The notes under the pieces were generated by a model, which had not been told where the DNA came from, searched no databases, and worked only from the letters and a program-made list of their open reading frames with translations. Of a DNA stretch of 64,000 bases, positions 10,601-21,123 are shown in pieces. Source of the stretch: a virus (Duplodnaviria > Caudoviricetes). Where the stretch lies: IMG/VR virus record IMGVR_UViG_3300031760_000010, positions 1 to 64,000 of that record; one strand, written 5' to 3'. The translations under genes were made by a program, and so were the position numbers. Position 1 is the stretch's first letter; every line of letters starts with the position of its first letter.

Positions 10601-13600
10601 CATATCCTTGTAAAGAAGATGCATTTCTAGTTGTAGCTAATGCATAAGCCTTATTGGATTCTTGCGTTTTAGTCTGGCTCAAATTTACACGAGAATTCGA
10701 ATTAGCATAAATGTTATCATTTTTGGCTTCGAAGTATCCTGTACCGACAGTGGTAACGTTAGAAATATCTTCAATACTCGCATCACGTTCTGCATCATGA
10801 ACTTCTTTAACAGCTTTAACTTGATCACGAAGTTGTTCGTTTAACTCTTGAATAGCCTTTTTAGCTTCGTAGCCTTTGTTGTACCATTCAGAGTATACAT
10901 CAATAACCTCACGAACCTTTTCGCTGTATTTCTTAATATCATTAGGACCGATTTTACCTTCAGCAACATTTTTTTTAATTTCTTCAGCCTGAGCTTTGGT
11001 CACTAGGCCAGCTTTAATAGCCGCGTTCATTTGTTTATCAGCAAAATCAAAATAGTGCTGTCCACCAGTATTTTCATTTGCGATTTGCTGATAAATAGCA
11101 GACATAGCTCGATTACGGCTTTCTTCGGCGGTATTATAAACACCACGATCTAATAACGACTCCGCTTTATCAGTCCATTTATCAATATTGTCAGTCCAAC
11201 GACCAATTTTAACTTCGATCCAGTCAACTAAGTTTTCAAGCTCTTCTTTGAATTTATCTAATGCAGATTTCTTTTTGCTCTTCTTCTTGGACTTTCCTTT
11301 TGATTTACTCTTGGATTTAGTGGATTTTTTCTTCTTAGAAGAACTAGAATCTGAAGTATCGGTTTTTGGTACATATGTAGTTTTCTTCGCTGATACACCA
11401 TCAGGATACGCTGTACCACCAGTACCGAACGCCCATGCTCTACCACGAGTATTAGTATAGCCATTATTTAACAGATCCTCTGTTTGGTCGGCGTTAAAGA
11501 TAATGTCACCTTTCCGCACGTCCCTAAATTCAGGACCACTTTCACCTAGAAGTTCCCAATGGCTGCCACGAACACGCATTTCAGGGCCAAGTTCTCCAAC
11601 AAGAGCCGTTTCTGTTTTCTTCGCGCCAATGTTGCCTTGTGCAAACGCAGCAGTACCCATCCAACTGCCAGTACCATCACCACCACCAGTTGAACCAGAT
11701 CCGCCAGAAGATACTGACGGAGCACTAACTTTCTTGTTTGATAAAGAAGAGAGTGTTGATGAAACTTGTCTAATTTTCCTGAGCAATATATCTACAGTTG
11801 AAGTGACCCCACTAAATATAGAGCTATCTAATCTTGACTTGTTGGCTTCAGCAATCGCTCCGGGGATATTCTTGGTTTGAGTAATGACTTTCTTTACGCC
11901 ACTTTCTGCTTTAGGGGCACCCAAGTCACCGATCTTAGCATTGGCTTTGATCTTGTCAGCACTATCGCCAACTTCCAAAAGGTTCTTTTTAGTATTCGCA
12001 AGATCTGAGTCAGCTTTTTTGGTCTCTGCTTTTGCTTCCAGTACTACCTGTTTAGCTTTGCTAGGACCAGATTTAGTAAAGACTGGTGTAGTAGTAGACA
12101 TTGTTGATTCTACTTTTGCTTTGATTTTAGGAGCTGCTTTAGCGACCTGCTTGTTGGTATTTGTTATTTTGCTACCAAGCGGGTTGCCTTGTGCATCGAC
12201 ATATGTTATTTTAACTCGACCGTCGATTTTCTTAATCGCTTCTTCAACTTGGGCAGTACCTTCAGCTAATGACTCCTGATTAAAGATGACTTTGATCTGA
12301 GCAGCCCCGTCATCACCGGTAGAAGAGTCAATTATTTGTTGTACTTTATCTATTTCTGCATCAATATCTTCTGCATACAGGTTTACACCAAGTTGCATTG
12401 CATATTGATAGCCAGAATCTTTGTTTTGCTGTAATGCTTTTTGATACAACTGCTCAACTACCTGACGCTGAGCAACAGATGCCTCATTGGTAACATTGCC
12501 TTGCAAAGTATTAATATAATTCAGATTATTCTGAGCTTCATGCAACTGTTGCAAAGTCTTGACAAAATCTGCAAAACCTTTGTCTTCAAACTGGCTAGTA
12601 TCAACAGACATGATCCATGGTTCTTCAAGCTCCTGTTTACTGATCAGAACATGAGCCATAGCAGTGTTAATATCCGATATTGCTGTTTGAACTTCTTCAG
12701 TTTGAACCTTAGGGCTGGATTCAAGTTCAGCTTTCATGCCAACCAATTCGCTCATCTTAGCATTTGCTTCATCCACACCACTAAAGACAATTGGAATTTC
12801 TTCTAGATGCTGCTGACTGCCCGCACGAGCTAATCCGGCATTGATACCACCAGTTAATTCATTCAGTTGATCAGAAGATGTGATTTTACTTTCTGCAGCT
12901 TGCAGAGCAAGGAGTCTTTGCTCAGACTGTTCAAGTAATTGGTTATAATATTCCCAAGTCGCAGTATGTTCCTGATTATTCTTTTTTAATTCTTCAATCT
13001 TTGCTTTCATCCGCTCAACGGATGCTTCAGCTTCTTCCACATTAGTGGAGTTTTCTCCACCTTTCAGGAAGTCGCCAATACCCGCTTCACTGAATTGCTC
13101 CAGGAAGATCTGCATCATGTCGTCAGTCATAATGAAGTCTTCACCAAACTTTTCTTTGAAGTGTTCAGACATCATCATGGCTAACTCATCGATATTCTTA
13201 AAGATCATTCCGCCATCTTCAGTAAACCAATCTGTGAGACCATTCTCTTTCAAAACAGATTCGATCTCATCATACATGGCAAACGCACCAGAAGCGTCTT
13301 CAGTAAAGAACTTCTTAGAGAACTTTTGGATCATGTCATAATAATCCGCAGCTCCACCTAATCCGAAGTCTTTGTCTCCAACAAACATTCTGGTAAATGC
13401 TTCAAAGTCATCGTTACCCCAGAAACCTTTGTCGTAAAGATCTTTATAAGTTTCCATCCAACCTTGGATGCTCTTATAGCGGTCACCATAATCTCCAGAT
13501 GAAACAGCAGCTTGCCAATCAGCATAAGAATTGGCAGTAGCTTTATATGCACCTTGTAATTCTTGTAGGGCATTGATATTATCAACAATCGCATCTTGAG

Positions 13601-16600
13601 CATTGATACGTTCTTGAATAGAATTATATAAAGTACGAGCTTCGTCTGACTCTGTATCACCCAAATTGTGATACTCATCAGTTAATTCTTTGATTTTTGC
13701 TTGGTTCTTATCATACTGTTCTTTTAACTCATCATACTTAGCCGCAATATCGGTTCTCAGATTTTCACGTTCTAATTGAGATAACCGTCTAGTCTCTTTC
13801 GTGTCAAGCTGTAAACCAGATGCAGTAGCAACTAAAGCATCTTTATATTGAGCGTTTGCAGTTGTTAATTTGTTATAGGTATCAGCAGTAACGTTGCCAG
13901 TAGAAGTCTGTTCTTTCAGAGCAGTAGTGAGAGCAGATGTAGAATCTGTCACAGATTTTAACTGCGTTTCAGTAGCCTCTTTCCATGCGGAAAAACTGTT
14001 TTGCATACCAGTAGCAGTATCGTCTACAATATACCCTAATTCAGATAGGAGAGTAATAGTTTCTTGAATAGCATTATTCGTATCAACAATACCATACTGC
14101 GAAGCCATTTGAGATAGGGCTTTAATTGACTGTTGTGAAGCAGTCAATCCATCTGTATCCCACTCTACATTAGATAGAGACAATACAGTTTCATCACCGA
14201 TATCTTGAACCAGTGAAGCATATTTTTCCTGCAGTGAAGTCTTAAACTGGTCTGTAAAGAAATTCTTTTGATTAAAACCAAGCACCTCTGCAACAGACAT
14301 ATCTTGGAGCGTCTGCCGAAGATTAATGCCTAGATTTTCTGCAATTGCACCAGCTTGGCTGTTTACTAAGCTATTAATCCTGTCATTAATACGACTCTGT
14401 GTATCAAGTACATCTAAGTTGCGTGATAGACTCTCCCAGTTTTCCTCCGTTAAGCCCATTTCCTGACGGAACTGGCTCATACGGGTTTCCATGATATTAA
14501 AATAATCAGTCGCTTTAATTTCTTTAAGGTCAGGATTGAAAATAGAATCCATTAAAGTAGCTATGCTATCTTCACCTGACAAGTCGGTACTTTGTAGCTG
14601 AAATAGCATATCTTCAAATTTAGTACTGCTAATATCATCCATCAAAGTAGATAAGTTCTCAAGATTCTGAATGGCATTAATTAATGTCTCGTCTTCTGTA
14701 TCAATACTAGAAACAAGAAGAGCATAATTCTGTTTTAACTCGTCTCTGGCAGTGGTTAGCTGATTGGTGACGTCTTCCAGTTCTTGAAGCAATTCTTGTG
14801 CATAAGGATCTGATGAAAAATCGTATATAGAACTAGAACCCTGTTCAACCCAACTATTGGTCATAATATCCCAATAGCCAGCTCCGTCAATTGTTGTTTT
14901 CTGCCCATCCTTAGCTCTTAAATCAGCTATTTCTTTTTCCAATTGCTGTTGCCGATCTACTAAAGAACGAGTAGAAGAATTGCCAGTATGGTTCCCATTC
15001 AGTATACCGCCAATATGCTCATCTGTATTGCCCGTCTGACGATCAATGTTCTCTCTCGCCTGTTCTCTAAGACTTTCTTGTTTAGCTAAGGTTAATTGCT
15101 TATATTGCTCAATCTGATCCTTAATTACATCAGTATTAGCAATAATGGCATCACCTTCATCTGTATAACCCGTAATAAGTACCGGGAACTGATCAGCAAT
15201 TTGCTGACGAACTTGATAGTATTCAGATGAACCAACCTCGGCTGCTTCATATTTATCAAGCAATGCCTGAAGAGAGTCTGCGTTATTTTGATATGATTTG
15301 ATTTCATCTTGAATGGCTTCGGTTTTTTTACGATCTGTAGCGAGAAGTTGCTGATTACGTTTGATGATAGCATCAGAACTAGTGTTTACTGCTTCAAATG
15401 CTTTGACCAAACCATAGATAACTACGGCCCCAGCTGCAATGCCAGCGAATAAAGCACCCCATGTAATACCCAAACCAGCAGTTGTTTCGGTCACGGTACG
15501 AGTGATTGCTTTACCAGAAGCATCTACCATTCCAGTTGCTTGTTCAAAAACTTTTGTGGTAGCGCCAACTTCTTTGCCTAGACTTTGGAATGCAGAGCCT
15601 AAGAGGGTGGCAACTTTCATGTTATTCTTACCGCTCTTTAACAGTACTCCGTATACTGCAATCAGCGCCGTCGCAGCGGTGGGAAGCAAACCAAAGTTAT
15701 TAACAAGATCAAGAGTTGCCGATCCTAAATCAATAAAGAAATTGATTACATCTCGATTGGCAGTTTGCGCCCAGGCTTGCTGCCATTTATTTTGAATCTC
15801 AGCGAGATGGCCTGAGATAGAGTCTTTATATTTCTGTAATTCTTCTTCAGCAGATCCAAAAGAATCTTGTGAAGATTCGTAAACTGAACGTAGTACATCA
15901 GGTGATTGAAGGACGGATGCGACTACGTTGGCACGGTTTTTTCCCGCCAGCGTTTCAAGCAAGCCTTGCGACCTGTTCGTGCCATATTTTTTATCAGTTT
16001 CTACAATTTCTTCAAATACATCTGCGATATCCTGCAATATTTCGTAGGTGCTTCGGAAATTTCCATTTTCATCTAATATATCAACGCCTTTGAAATCATT
16101 CGAGGCGACTGCAGTATAATCTTTAATAATCTGTCGAGATTTAGCTTCAGTTTGAACAACAAAATCATCAACATCTTCTCCTAATTCAGCTAACTGATCT
16201 TTTGCTTCTTGCGTGCCAACAATACGCAACGCAACTGTTCTAAACGCATTGCCCACTTTATTTGGGTCTTGAATAATTTGATTACCAGCAGTAATTAATG
16301 CAATACTCTCATCAATATCATTATTAGCAGTACGAAGAGTAGCAGCTGAGTTCTGCAAAGCTGTAGCTAATCCTTCGGTGGAAATTGAAAAGTTGTTACC
16401 GATATTATTTAATTTATCAAGAATATCTTCTTGCGATAAATCATCATAAGCGGCACTCATTGCAATTAAAGCATCGGTAGCTTCACTGATATCACTAAAT
16501 TCAGATACATTTAACAGGACAGAAGCATTTTTAGCAGACCGTTGGGCCTGATCCAAAGATTGCCCTAAGCGCATAAAATCTGCTGTACTTTGCTGAATAA

Positions 16601-19600
16601 CCAGACCAGTTGTACCAGCAGCGTTTGCTATGTCGTAACTAGCAGTTTGGAATTCTTTCAGGCGAGAGAGTGGTTCTTCAGATACTTTTGCCATTTCAGT
16701 AAGAGCGTCATCTAGATCATGGATAATTTGGAAGCCTTGCTTTAATTCATTCCATAAAGTCCTTAGACTAACATAAGATGCTAAATAGGCACCAATTTCT
16801 CTCAATTTTCCAACCAAATGAGTAGAAAATGTATCGCCGGTTTTATTTGCACGTATTAGCTCTTCTTCCAAACGATTAACTTGTGCAGTAGCTTGATCTA
16901 ATGTCGCTTGATTAACATGATCTAACCCCACTCGGATCTGCTCTAATTGTTGACGCATATCGTTACCCATTTTAGGGTTGCTTTGAATGATTCGACTAAT
17001 GCGCGATTGCAAACTTGTAATATCACGTTCTGACGCAGCTATTTTATCAGTATTTTGTAAGGATTTATTTAATTCTTCAACACGGTTGCATAATTGAGTT
17101 ACTTCTTCTAATTCCTGTGGATTTGTAATGTCAATTCCTTGCCGTACTTTTTCTTGAATAGCGGTTATTGTGTTGTTTAAATCCAATAAATCAGTACGAT
17201 ACTGAGTGAGAGATTCAGGCGTCACGCGATTTGTATCTAACAGGTGTTGGTAAGAACCTGTTTTCTTAGAATAATCATTCGCATATTTATTCAAAGCATT
17301 AGAATATTTACTCTGGGTAGCCTGAATTGTCCGTTGTATTTGTTTTTGTAATTTAGGGTCAAAATCTTCAAATGCTCGGCTCTCAACTATTTCAAAACGT
17401 TGTTGCAATTTTTCTGTCATTGACTGCAAAGCTGCTTGTAAATTTGATCCACCACCTTTTATGCCATTTACGCCTATAGACCCAATTTCTTTTAATAAAT
17501 TTTGTTCTTGCTCGTATACACTCGTTATATTATGTTTATGTTGTTCTGCCGCAGCTTTCTCTTTGTCTTTTTGTTGCTGCTCTTGCTCTTTTTTTGCAGT
17601 TTCTTGAGCAGCTGATTGTACAGCAAGTTGTTGCTCTTGTGCTACTTTTTGACGTTTCTCCAGCTCATTCTGTTCTTTCTGAGCCTGGGCAGCTTGTTTT
17701 TCTAATTCAATACTTTCCCGAATATTCGCTAATCTTTGTTTTAAAGCTTCTTCTATTTCCTGTAAAGTTTGTTGTTGTTCTGCAGAAAATTGCTCGAATC
17801 CACTAGATAATTGTTTGTTTACTTCTTTTAAATCTTCATACAAAGATGGGTCATTTTTAGACTGTTTTTCACGTTTTTCTAACAAAGCATATTTTTTACG
17901 TAAATTTTTTTCATAAGTGTCATACTGCTTTTGTTGATCTTGCTGGAGTCTTGACTCTTTTGCTACACTGTTTTCTACAGGTTTTTCACCAACCACACGG
18001 TTCATAAAAGCAGATTTTTTGTTAAAATCATACTGGTATCTATAAGTAACAGTCCTTAACACTCCCTCTACTTTTTCTTCGGTCTGATATACATACTCCG
18101 CTAAATGATTTGCAGCATCATATGCCTCTTGTAATTTAGACCAAATATCTTGATTAATAGTGCCGTTAGCAACATCCGCATCAAATTTCGCTCGTATGGC
18201 AACATCGGCTTCTTTACGCTCTAAATCACTAATGCCTTCTTTCTGTTTTCTTCCAACTTTTGAGGGTGCAGATGTATTACTTTGTTTAGAAGATTCTTTT
18301 GCTTTATTCGCGTTTCCCGCGATTTCTTTCGTCGCCGTTGCAATATTTGTGAAGTTTATACCTTGCAATTGAGAGTATTGTGTAATAATATTCGTTAACT
18401 GCCCATTAATATCAGATAATGCTTTATGTAATAACGATAAAACGCCTATTTCCGAATATACAGAATTAGAAACAATTCCCGCTTCAGCAATAAATAAATT
18501 ATTTTTTGTTGTAATTAGTTGATTGACTTCGCTTAGTTGTTTACGTAAAGACGATAAATCCACATTTTCATGCTGTATATTTGCTTCATTAGTAGGCTCA
18601 GGCGGATTAACAATAGTTTCTCCATTGTCTCCTTTAGAAAAAATCTCCTTTAATCCTAGAGAAGATGCGGTTAAATTTGCAATTGTTTCCAAACGATCAA
18701 TTAGAGTATTTAATTGGTCACTAACGGCAGTCAAATCCATTTGACTGCCGTTAAACAGCGATGACAATGCTTGCTCAGACTCTTTAGTCTCTTCTTGCAT
18801 TTTATCAGAAGCGGCAGCGATAATTTGCATTGCTTCAGCATATCTGCTTTCGAAACTACTGATATCCACACCCGCTTGACGAGCGGCTTCAGAAAGCGCA
18901 TTATACTGTTCTGTTTCCAGATCTAACCCAACTTGAGAACTTTTTTTATAAGCACTATGGCCACGCACAGTGTCTGCAAATTGCCAATATTGCCCAATTA
19001 CGGGAGTCCGTGCTTTTGAGTTACCTAAAGTTTGAAATAAATCGTCATTAATATTAGCTATTAAAGAAGTTGCCTTTTTATTATATTGGGCCATCGGATT
19101 CCCAATAGTATTGGCTTTTGTACCAACGGATAAATTGAAAACAGGAGCTTGCATAATTTGTTGCAATGCCTGTGCGCTTTCTTTTATTTCTGTTATAACA
19201 AGCTGAAGATTTTTAAATTGATTAATTAAATTATTAGCTTCATCTCCATCATCTATTTGCCCTATTACCTGCGTAAAAGACTGGACATTTGAAACCAACG
19301 TCTGTAGCAAAGTAATTAGTACTTGGAAGCCTTCGGCATAATCTCCAGTCATATCACTAGCATTAAAATTTAATGCTGCCTCTTCCAACTTATTTTGTAA
19401 GAAATCAATTTGATTGGCGTATGCTTTATAAGATTCCGCAGACTGATTTGACCATTCTATAAATTTTTGTTTGTCATCGTTGTCTCCACGCTCGTCTGCT
19501 GTAACGGCTCGATCATACCAATAATCTGTACTTTCTAAAGCTTCATCTCGTTTCTGCTTTAACTCATCCAGTTTTTCACCCAAAGCTTGAACATCATCCA

Positions 19601-20459
19601 AAATATCATCAAATTCCCACTGAAATTCAAATTCATTAAATTCACGCTCTGCTTCTAATAATTTTTGGATTTCGTCTCTGGTGCGACGAGCCATTTTTTC
19701 TTGTTTTTCAAAATCGCCATCACTAGGCACACTCCCAGAACCATCTCCACTCTCGTTATGATTATGGGCTGAAGTACGAGTATCATTTTGACCAATAGAT
19801 TCCAATACTTCTTTTAGAGATAAAGCAGTTGTATGCGCTTGCTCTAAAGAATCATTCAATCCCTCAAAGCCAGACATGTCTAATCCCTGTGCCTTTAAAC
19901 TATCTAAGACTTCAAACATCTTAGAAAAATTATCTATAGTTTCAGGGAAAGCTCCTTTTAAGCTATTATTAAAGCCATCATATGTTGAACGTAATTCTTG
20001 AACAAAATTGGCAACTTCATCACTTATTGTTGACAAGTTACCGCCACGAGCCTCAAAAGCATTTGCCCGCCTCCACAACTCACTAACATTTTTATCACGG
20101 AAAAACTGTTCTCCAGTAATTTTCCCTGTTTTCCAATCCGATAATAATTCTTTTTTTTCAAGGATCTGATTCCATGCTTGAATAACATGCTCTGACCCAT
20201 TAGTTAAGTTTTCATAAAACTTTTGGGGGTTCATCTTCTTTATTTGTTTGATACCAGCTACTTGAGTCAAAAATGCATTTAAATTTTGAGTAGCTTTTTC
20301 TAAATCAGATGTATTAATATCAAATTCAACTTTCATTTTTTTGTTTTTGCTAAGTTGCTCCATACCCTCAGATAAAGTTTTAGTAGAAGCTTGCAAACGT
20401 TCTATGGTGTCTATTGCTGCTTGGACACTCTCATCTAAAGAATAATCATCTTTTGGCAT
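7629..20459 (-). CDS. Tail tape measure protein (4276 aa)
   Basis: TP901-type TMP core (LDDALTEMAKVS...DKLNNIGNNFSIS...GNAFRTVALRI), extensive coiled coil, hydrophobic segments, position before Tal and Dit. Confidence 0.92.
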   Translation of the reverse strand: MPKDDYSLDESVQAAIDTIERLQASTKTLSEGMEQLSKNKKMKVEFDINTSDLEKATQNLNAFLTQVAGIKQIKKMNPQKFYENLTNGSEHVIQAWNQILEKKELLSDWKTGKITGEQFFRDKNVSELWRRANAFEARGGNLSTISDEVANFVQELRSTYDGFNNSLKGAFPETIDNFSKMFEVLDSLKAQGLDMSGFEGLNDSLEQAHTTALSLKEVLESIGQNDTRTSAHNHNESGDGSGSVPSDGDFEKQEKMARRTRDEIQKLLEAEREFNEFEFQWEFDDILDDVQALGEKLDELKQKRDEALESTDYWYDRAVTADERGDNDDKQKFIEWSNQSAESYKAYANQIDFLQNKLEEAALNFNASDMTGDYAEGFQVLITLLQTLVSNVQSFTQVIGQIDDGDEANNLINQFKNLQLVITEIKESAQALQQIMQAPVFNLSVGTKANTIGNPMAQYNKKATSLIANINDDLFQTLGNSKARTPVIGQYWQFADTVRGHSAYKKSSQVGLDLETEQYNALSEAARQAGVDISSFESRYAEAMQIIAAASDKMQEETKESEQALSSLFNGSQMDLTAVSDQLNTLIDRLETIANLTASSLGLKEIFSKGDNGETIVNPPEPTNEANIQHENVDLSSLRKQLSEVNQLITTKNNLFIAEAGIVSNSVYSEIGVLSLLHKALSDINGQLTNIITQYSQLQGINFTNIATATKEIAGNANKAKESSKQSNTSAPSKVGRKQKEGISDLERKEADVAIRAKFDADVANGTINQDIWSKLQEAYDAANHLAEYVYQTEEKVEGVLRTVTYRYQYDFNKKSAFMNRVVGEKPVENSVAKESRLQQDQQKQYDTYEKNLRKKYALLEKREKQSKNDPSLYEDLKEVNKQLSSGFEQFSAEQQQTLQEIEEALKQRLANIRESIELEKQAAQAQKEQNELEKRQKVAQEQQLAVQSAAQETAKKEQEQQQKDKEKAAAEQHKHNITSVYEQEQNLLKEIGSIGVNGIKGGGSNLQAALQSMTEKLQQRFEIVESRAFEDFDPKLQKQIQRTIQATQSKYSNALNKYANDYSKKTGSYQHLLDTNRVTPESLTQYRTDLLDLNNTITAIQEKVRQGIDITNPQELEEVTQLCNRVEELNKSLQNTDKIAASERDITSLQSRISRIIQSNPKMGNDMRQQLEQIRVGLDHVNQATLDQATAQVNRLEEELIRANKTGDTFSTHLVGKLREIGAYLASYVSLRTLWNELKQGFQIIHDLDDALTEMAKVSEEPLSRLKEFQTASYDIANAAGTTGLVIQQSTADFMRLGQSLDQAQRSAKNASVLLNVSEFSDISEATDALIAMSAAYDDLSQEDILDKLNNIGNNFSISTEGLATALQNSAATLRTANNDIDESIALITAGNQIIQDPNKVGNAFRTVALRIVGTQEAKDQLAELGEDVDDFVVQTEAKSRQIIKDYTAVASNDFKGVDILDENGNFRSTYEILQDIADVFEEIVETDKKYGTNRSQGLLETLAGKNRANVVASVLQSPDVLRSVYESSQDSFGSAEEELQKYKDSISGHLAEIQNKWQQAWAQTANRDVINFFIDLGSATLDLVNNFGLLPTAATALIAVYGVLLKSGKNNMKVATLLGSAFQSLGKEVGATTKVFEQATGMVDASGKAITRTVTETTAGLGITWGALFAGIAAGAVVIYGLVKAFEAVNTSSDAIIKRNQQLLATDRKKTEAIQDEIKSYQNNADSLQALLDKYEAAEVGSSEYYQVRQQIADQFPVLITGYTDEGDAIIANTDVIKDQIEQYKQLTLAKQESLREQARENIDRQTGNTDEHIGGILNGNHTGNSSTRSLVDRQQQLEKEIADLRAKDGQKTTIDGAGYWDIMTNSWVEQGSSSIYDFSSDPYAQELLQELEDVTNQLTTARDELKQNYALLVSSIDTEDETLINAIQNLENLSTLMDDISSTKFEDMLFQLQSTDLSGEDSIATLMDSIFNPDLKEIKATDYFNIMETRMSQFRQEMGLTEENWESLSRNLDVLDTQSRINDRINSLVNSQAGAIAENLGINLRQTLQDMSVAEVLGFNQKNFFTDQFKTSLQEKYASLVQDIGDETVLSLSNVEWDTDGLTASQQSIKALSQMASQYGIVDTNNAIQETITLLSELGYIVDDTATGMQNSFSAWKEATETQLKSVTDSTSALTTALKEQTSTGNVTADTYNKLTTANAQYKDALVATASGLQLDTKETRRLSQLERENLRTDIAAKYDELKEQYDKNQAKIKELTDEYHNLGDTESDEARTLYNSIQERINAQDAIVDNINALQELQGAYKATANSYADWQAAVSSGDYGDRYKSIQGWMETYKDLYDKGFWGNDDFEAFTRMFVGDKDFGLGGAADYYDMIQKFSKKFFTEDASGAFAMYDEIESVLKENGLTDWFTEDGGMIFKNIDELAMMMSEHFKEKFGEDFIMTDDMMQIFLEQFSEAGIGDFLKGGENSTNVEEAEASVERMKAKIEELKKNNQEHTATWEYYNQLLEQSEQRLLALQAAESKITSSDQLNELTGGINAGLARAGSQQHLEEIPIVFSGVDEANAKMSELVGMKAELESSPKVQTEEVQTAISDINTAMAHVLISKQELEEPWIMSVDTSQFEDKGFADFVKTLQQLHEAQNNLNYINTLQGNVTNEASVAQRQVVEQLYQKALQQNKDSGYQYAMQLGVNLYAEDIDAEIDKVQQIIDSSTGDDGAAQIKVIFNQESLAEGTAQVEEAIKKIDGRVKITYVDAQGNPLGSKITNTNKQVAKAAPKIKAKVESTMSTTTPVFTKSGPSKAKQVVLEAKAETKKADSDLANTKKNLLEVGDSADKIKANAKIGDLGAPKAESGVKKVITQTKNIPGAIAEANKSRLDSSIFSGVTSTVDILLRKIRQVSSTLSSLSNKKVSAPSVSSGGSGSTGGGDGTGSWMGTAAFAQGNIGAKKTETALVGELGPEMRVRGSHWELLGESGPEFRDVRKGDIIFNADQTEDLLNNGYTNTRGRAWAFGTGGTAYPDGVSAKKTTYVPKTDTSDSSSSKKKKSTKSKSKSKGKSKKKSKKKSALDKFKEELENLVDWIEVKIGRWTDNIDKWTDKAESLLDRGVYNTAEESRNRAMSAIYQQIANENTGGQHYFDFADKQMNAAIKAGLVTKAQAEEIKKNVAEGKIGPNDIKKYSEKVREVIDVYSEWYNKGYEAKKAIQELNEQLRDQVKAVKEVHDAERDASIEDISNVTTVGTGYFEAKNDNIYANSNSRVNLSQTKTQESNKAYALATTRNASSLQGYAKDAQAILKKQTKASGDYKKALDSAKSYIDQNKQIPDDILKTIANNNPNVYAKLYAYNQGVENLETARMEEALNYATNQTEYFNLQSQTYANAEEAANNDISYFDNQLENAIGFKAQNALIQKQIDTTKKILQSNQEEVDFYRNAVETYARPIKAASVPKNNPYAVYMQQAIDNVNKGEAIGATRLGKLAEGYEKGYVDLAFYQACYNYNEAIEHRRQAEAQQKIDAETIRQQNATRALQQVNNIKTQGENDRQANNQHNTVSQAMINRAGVHGHYTNVEDYTDQIQMDTRNLAVLQQNYIDAQASLAKAVANNEIRVGDTEWYQAQDVINGIVNEINELTTDIKELSNSIRELDWTKFDDGMARVKRLQTEIDHYLNMIQNEEFFDTDNKGGITKYGMAALDLRNTSFEYYIAEAKKYGDELADVYKKIESGEYDATDKNIQDRIYELIDARYASMEAAESEKQAIIDLMRQGYEAQLSYLNKTISKYKELKNAEKEAYDYQKQISESTQNITKLERQLAAYEGNTSEEAVARIQKLRADLKEARDNRSDQQYEKYLSDSQQMLDDLSSNFEEWIDSYMKQRDLVIMDAKAELSDDVQHLGDHVTTAGTNITDTVTTLSAIDGTITPELKSALGTEGTLHKDLDLILDKFDALIKTQMDQQAANTVEAMMQGINPSKITLQDKDSIASIEKSFANLTDAQKKLVSQDFKDALEQARSTVNALQKQADEEAEAARKKKEAEEAAKKAAEEAAAHKRQEDEEAERQRRLAEETAKKNNTGNTGGTNTGAGTSAGSNAKQSTEAMLAAQGYRKIMTSKTVSVWKNFNTGHVVYVPKKKQNFLEKSANDLEGMLGVAGYASGSRNITHSQTAYTQEDGQELIYRKSDGAVLTRLDAGDKVFTNAMTENLWKIAQMNIPKMISESMAQPIISNNTSQVQNTVGDISFVFNLSGVKDYEQFKTALVADTQFQNALQEMTLGAAMGRNSMSKFKYN

Positions 20460-20476
20460 TTTTTCACCCCCTCTGG

Positions 20477-21103
20477 CTAAATGTATCTTTTAATATTAGT
20501 TTGATTAATTAATGAAACTAAACCAGGATAAAATATACTATTAAAAATTTGATTAGGACGTTTTTGATATTGTGTATGAAAACTTTGTATCATAGATAAT
20601 ATAGGTTGAGACCACGCCGTTTCACCAGCCCATACCCCTGGTACTTTAACAGCATGCCAATAAGGGACGCCCACGTTTGGATGGTTTGGGCCTTTTTGTG
20701 CTCCTCCATGAGCGCCTCTCATAAAAGCTAAATAATATATATCTTCAGATGGTGCTCTATGAGTTCCGTGCATAAATTGCGGCCCATATAGCACAGATAC
20801 CCCATATTTGCCCGAAGATACTATCTTATATGCATTATACAAATCATAAGTACGATGATAAACATGTCCATTTTTACTAGTCTTCCGTGACCCTGGTTTA
20901 TAAGCATTATAATATTCTTCAATGCATCTATGATACCCCTCATTTAACTCCGACCGCATTTGACGAATAGTCGTCTTGACCGAATTTTCAATTAAATCAT
21001 TACTATGATCTGCTATATATTGTAAGCCATTTGAGAAATCTTGCATCGCTCTTAACAACCTACGCGGAGTTAAATCTATTGTTAAATCTATATGTTGCCG
21101 CAT
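20477..21103 (-). CDS. Hypothetical protein, possible tail component
   Basis: 208-aa ORF immediately upstream of the TMP gene, with RBS. Confidence 0.55.
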   Translation of the reverse strand: MRQHIDLTIDLTPRRLLRAMQDFSNGLQYIADHSNDLIENSVKTTIRQMRSELNEGYHRCIEEYYNAYKPGSRKTSKNGHVYHRTYDLYNAYKIVSSGKYGVSVLYGPQFMHGTHRAPSEDIYYLAFMRGAHGGAQKGPNHPNVGVPYWHAVKVPGVWAGETAWSQPILSMIQSFHTQYQKRPNQIFNSIFYPGLVSLINQTNIKRYI

Positions 21104-21123
21104 GGCTTCTCCTTTATTTGTTG

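Noticed and set aside
8165-18744. Many overlapping ORFs inside the tape measure gene
   Set aside because: They are antisense or alternate-frame shadows with no RBS or recognisable motifs.
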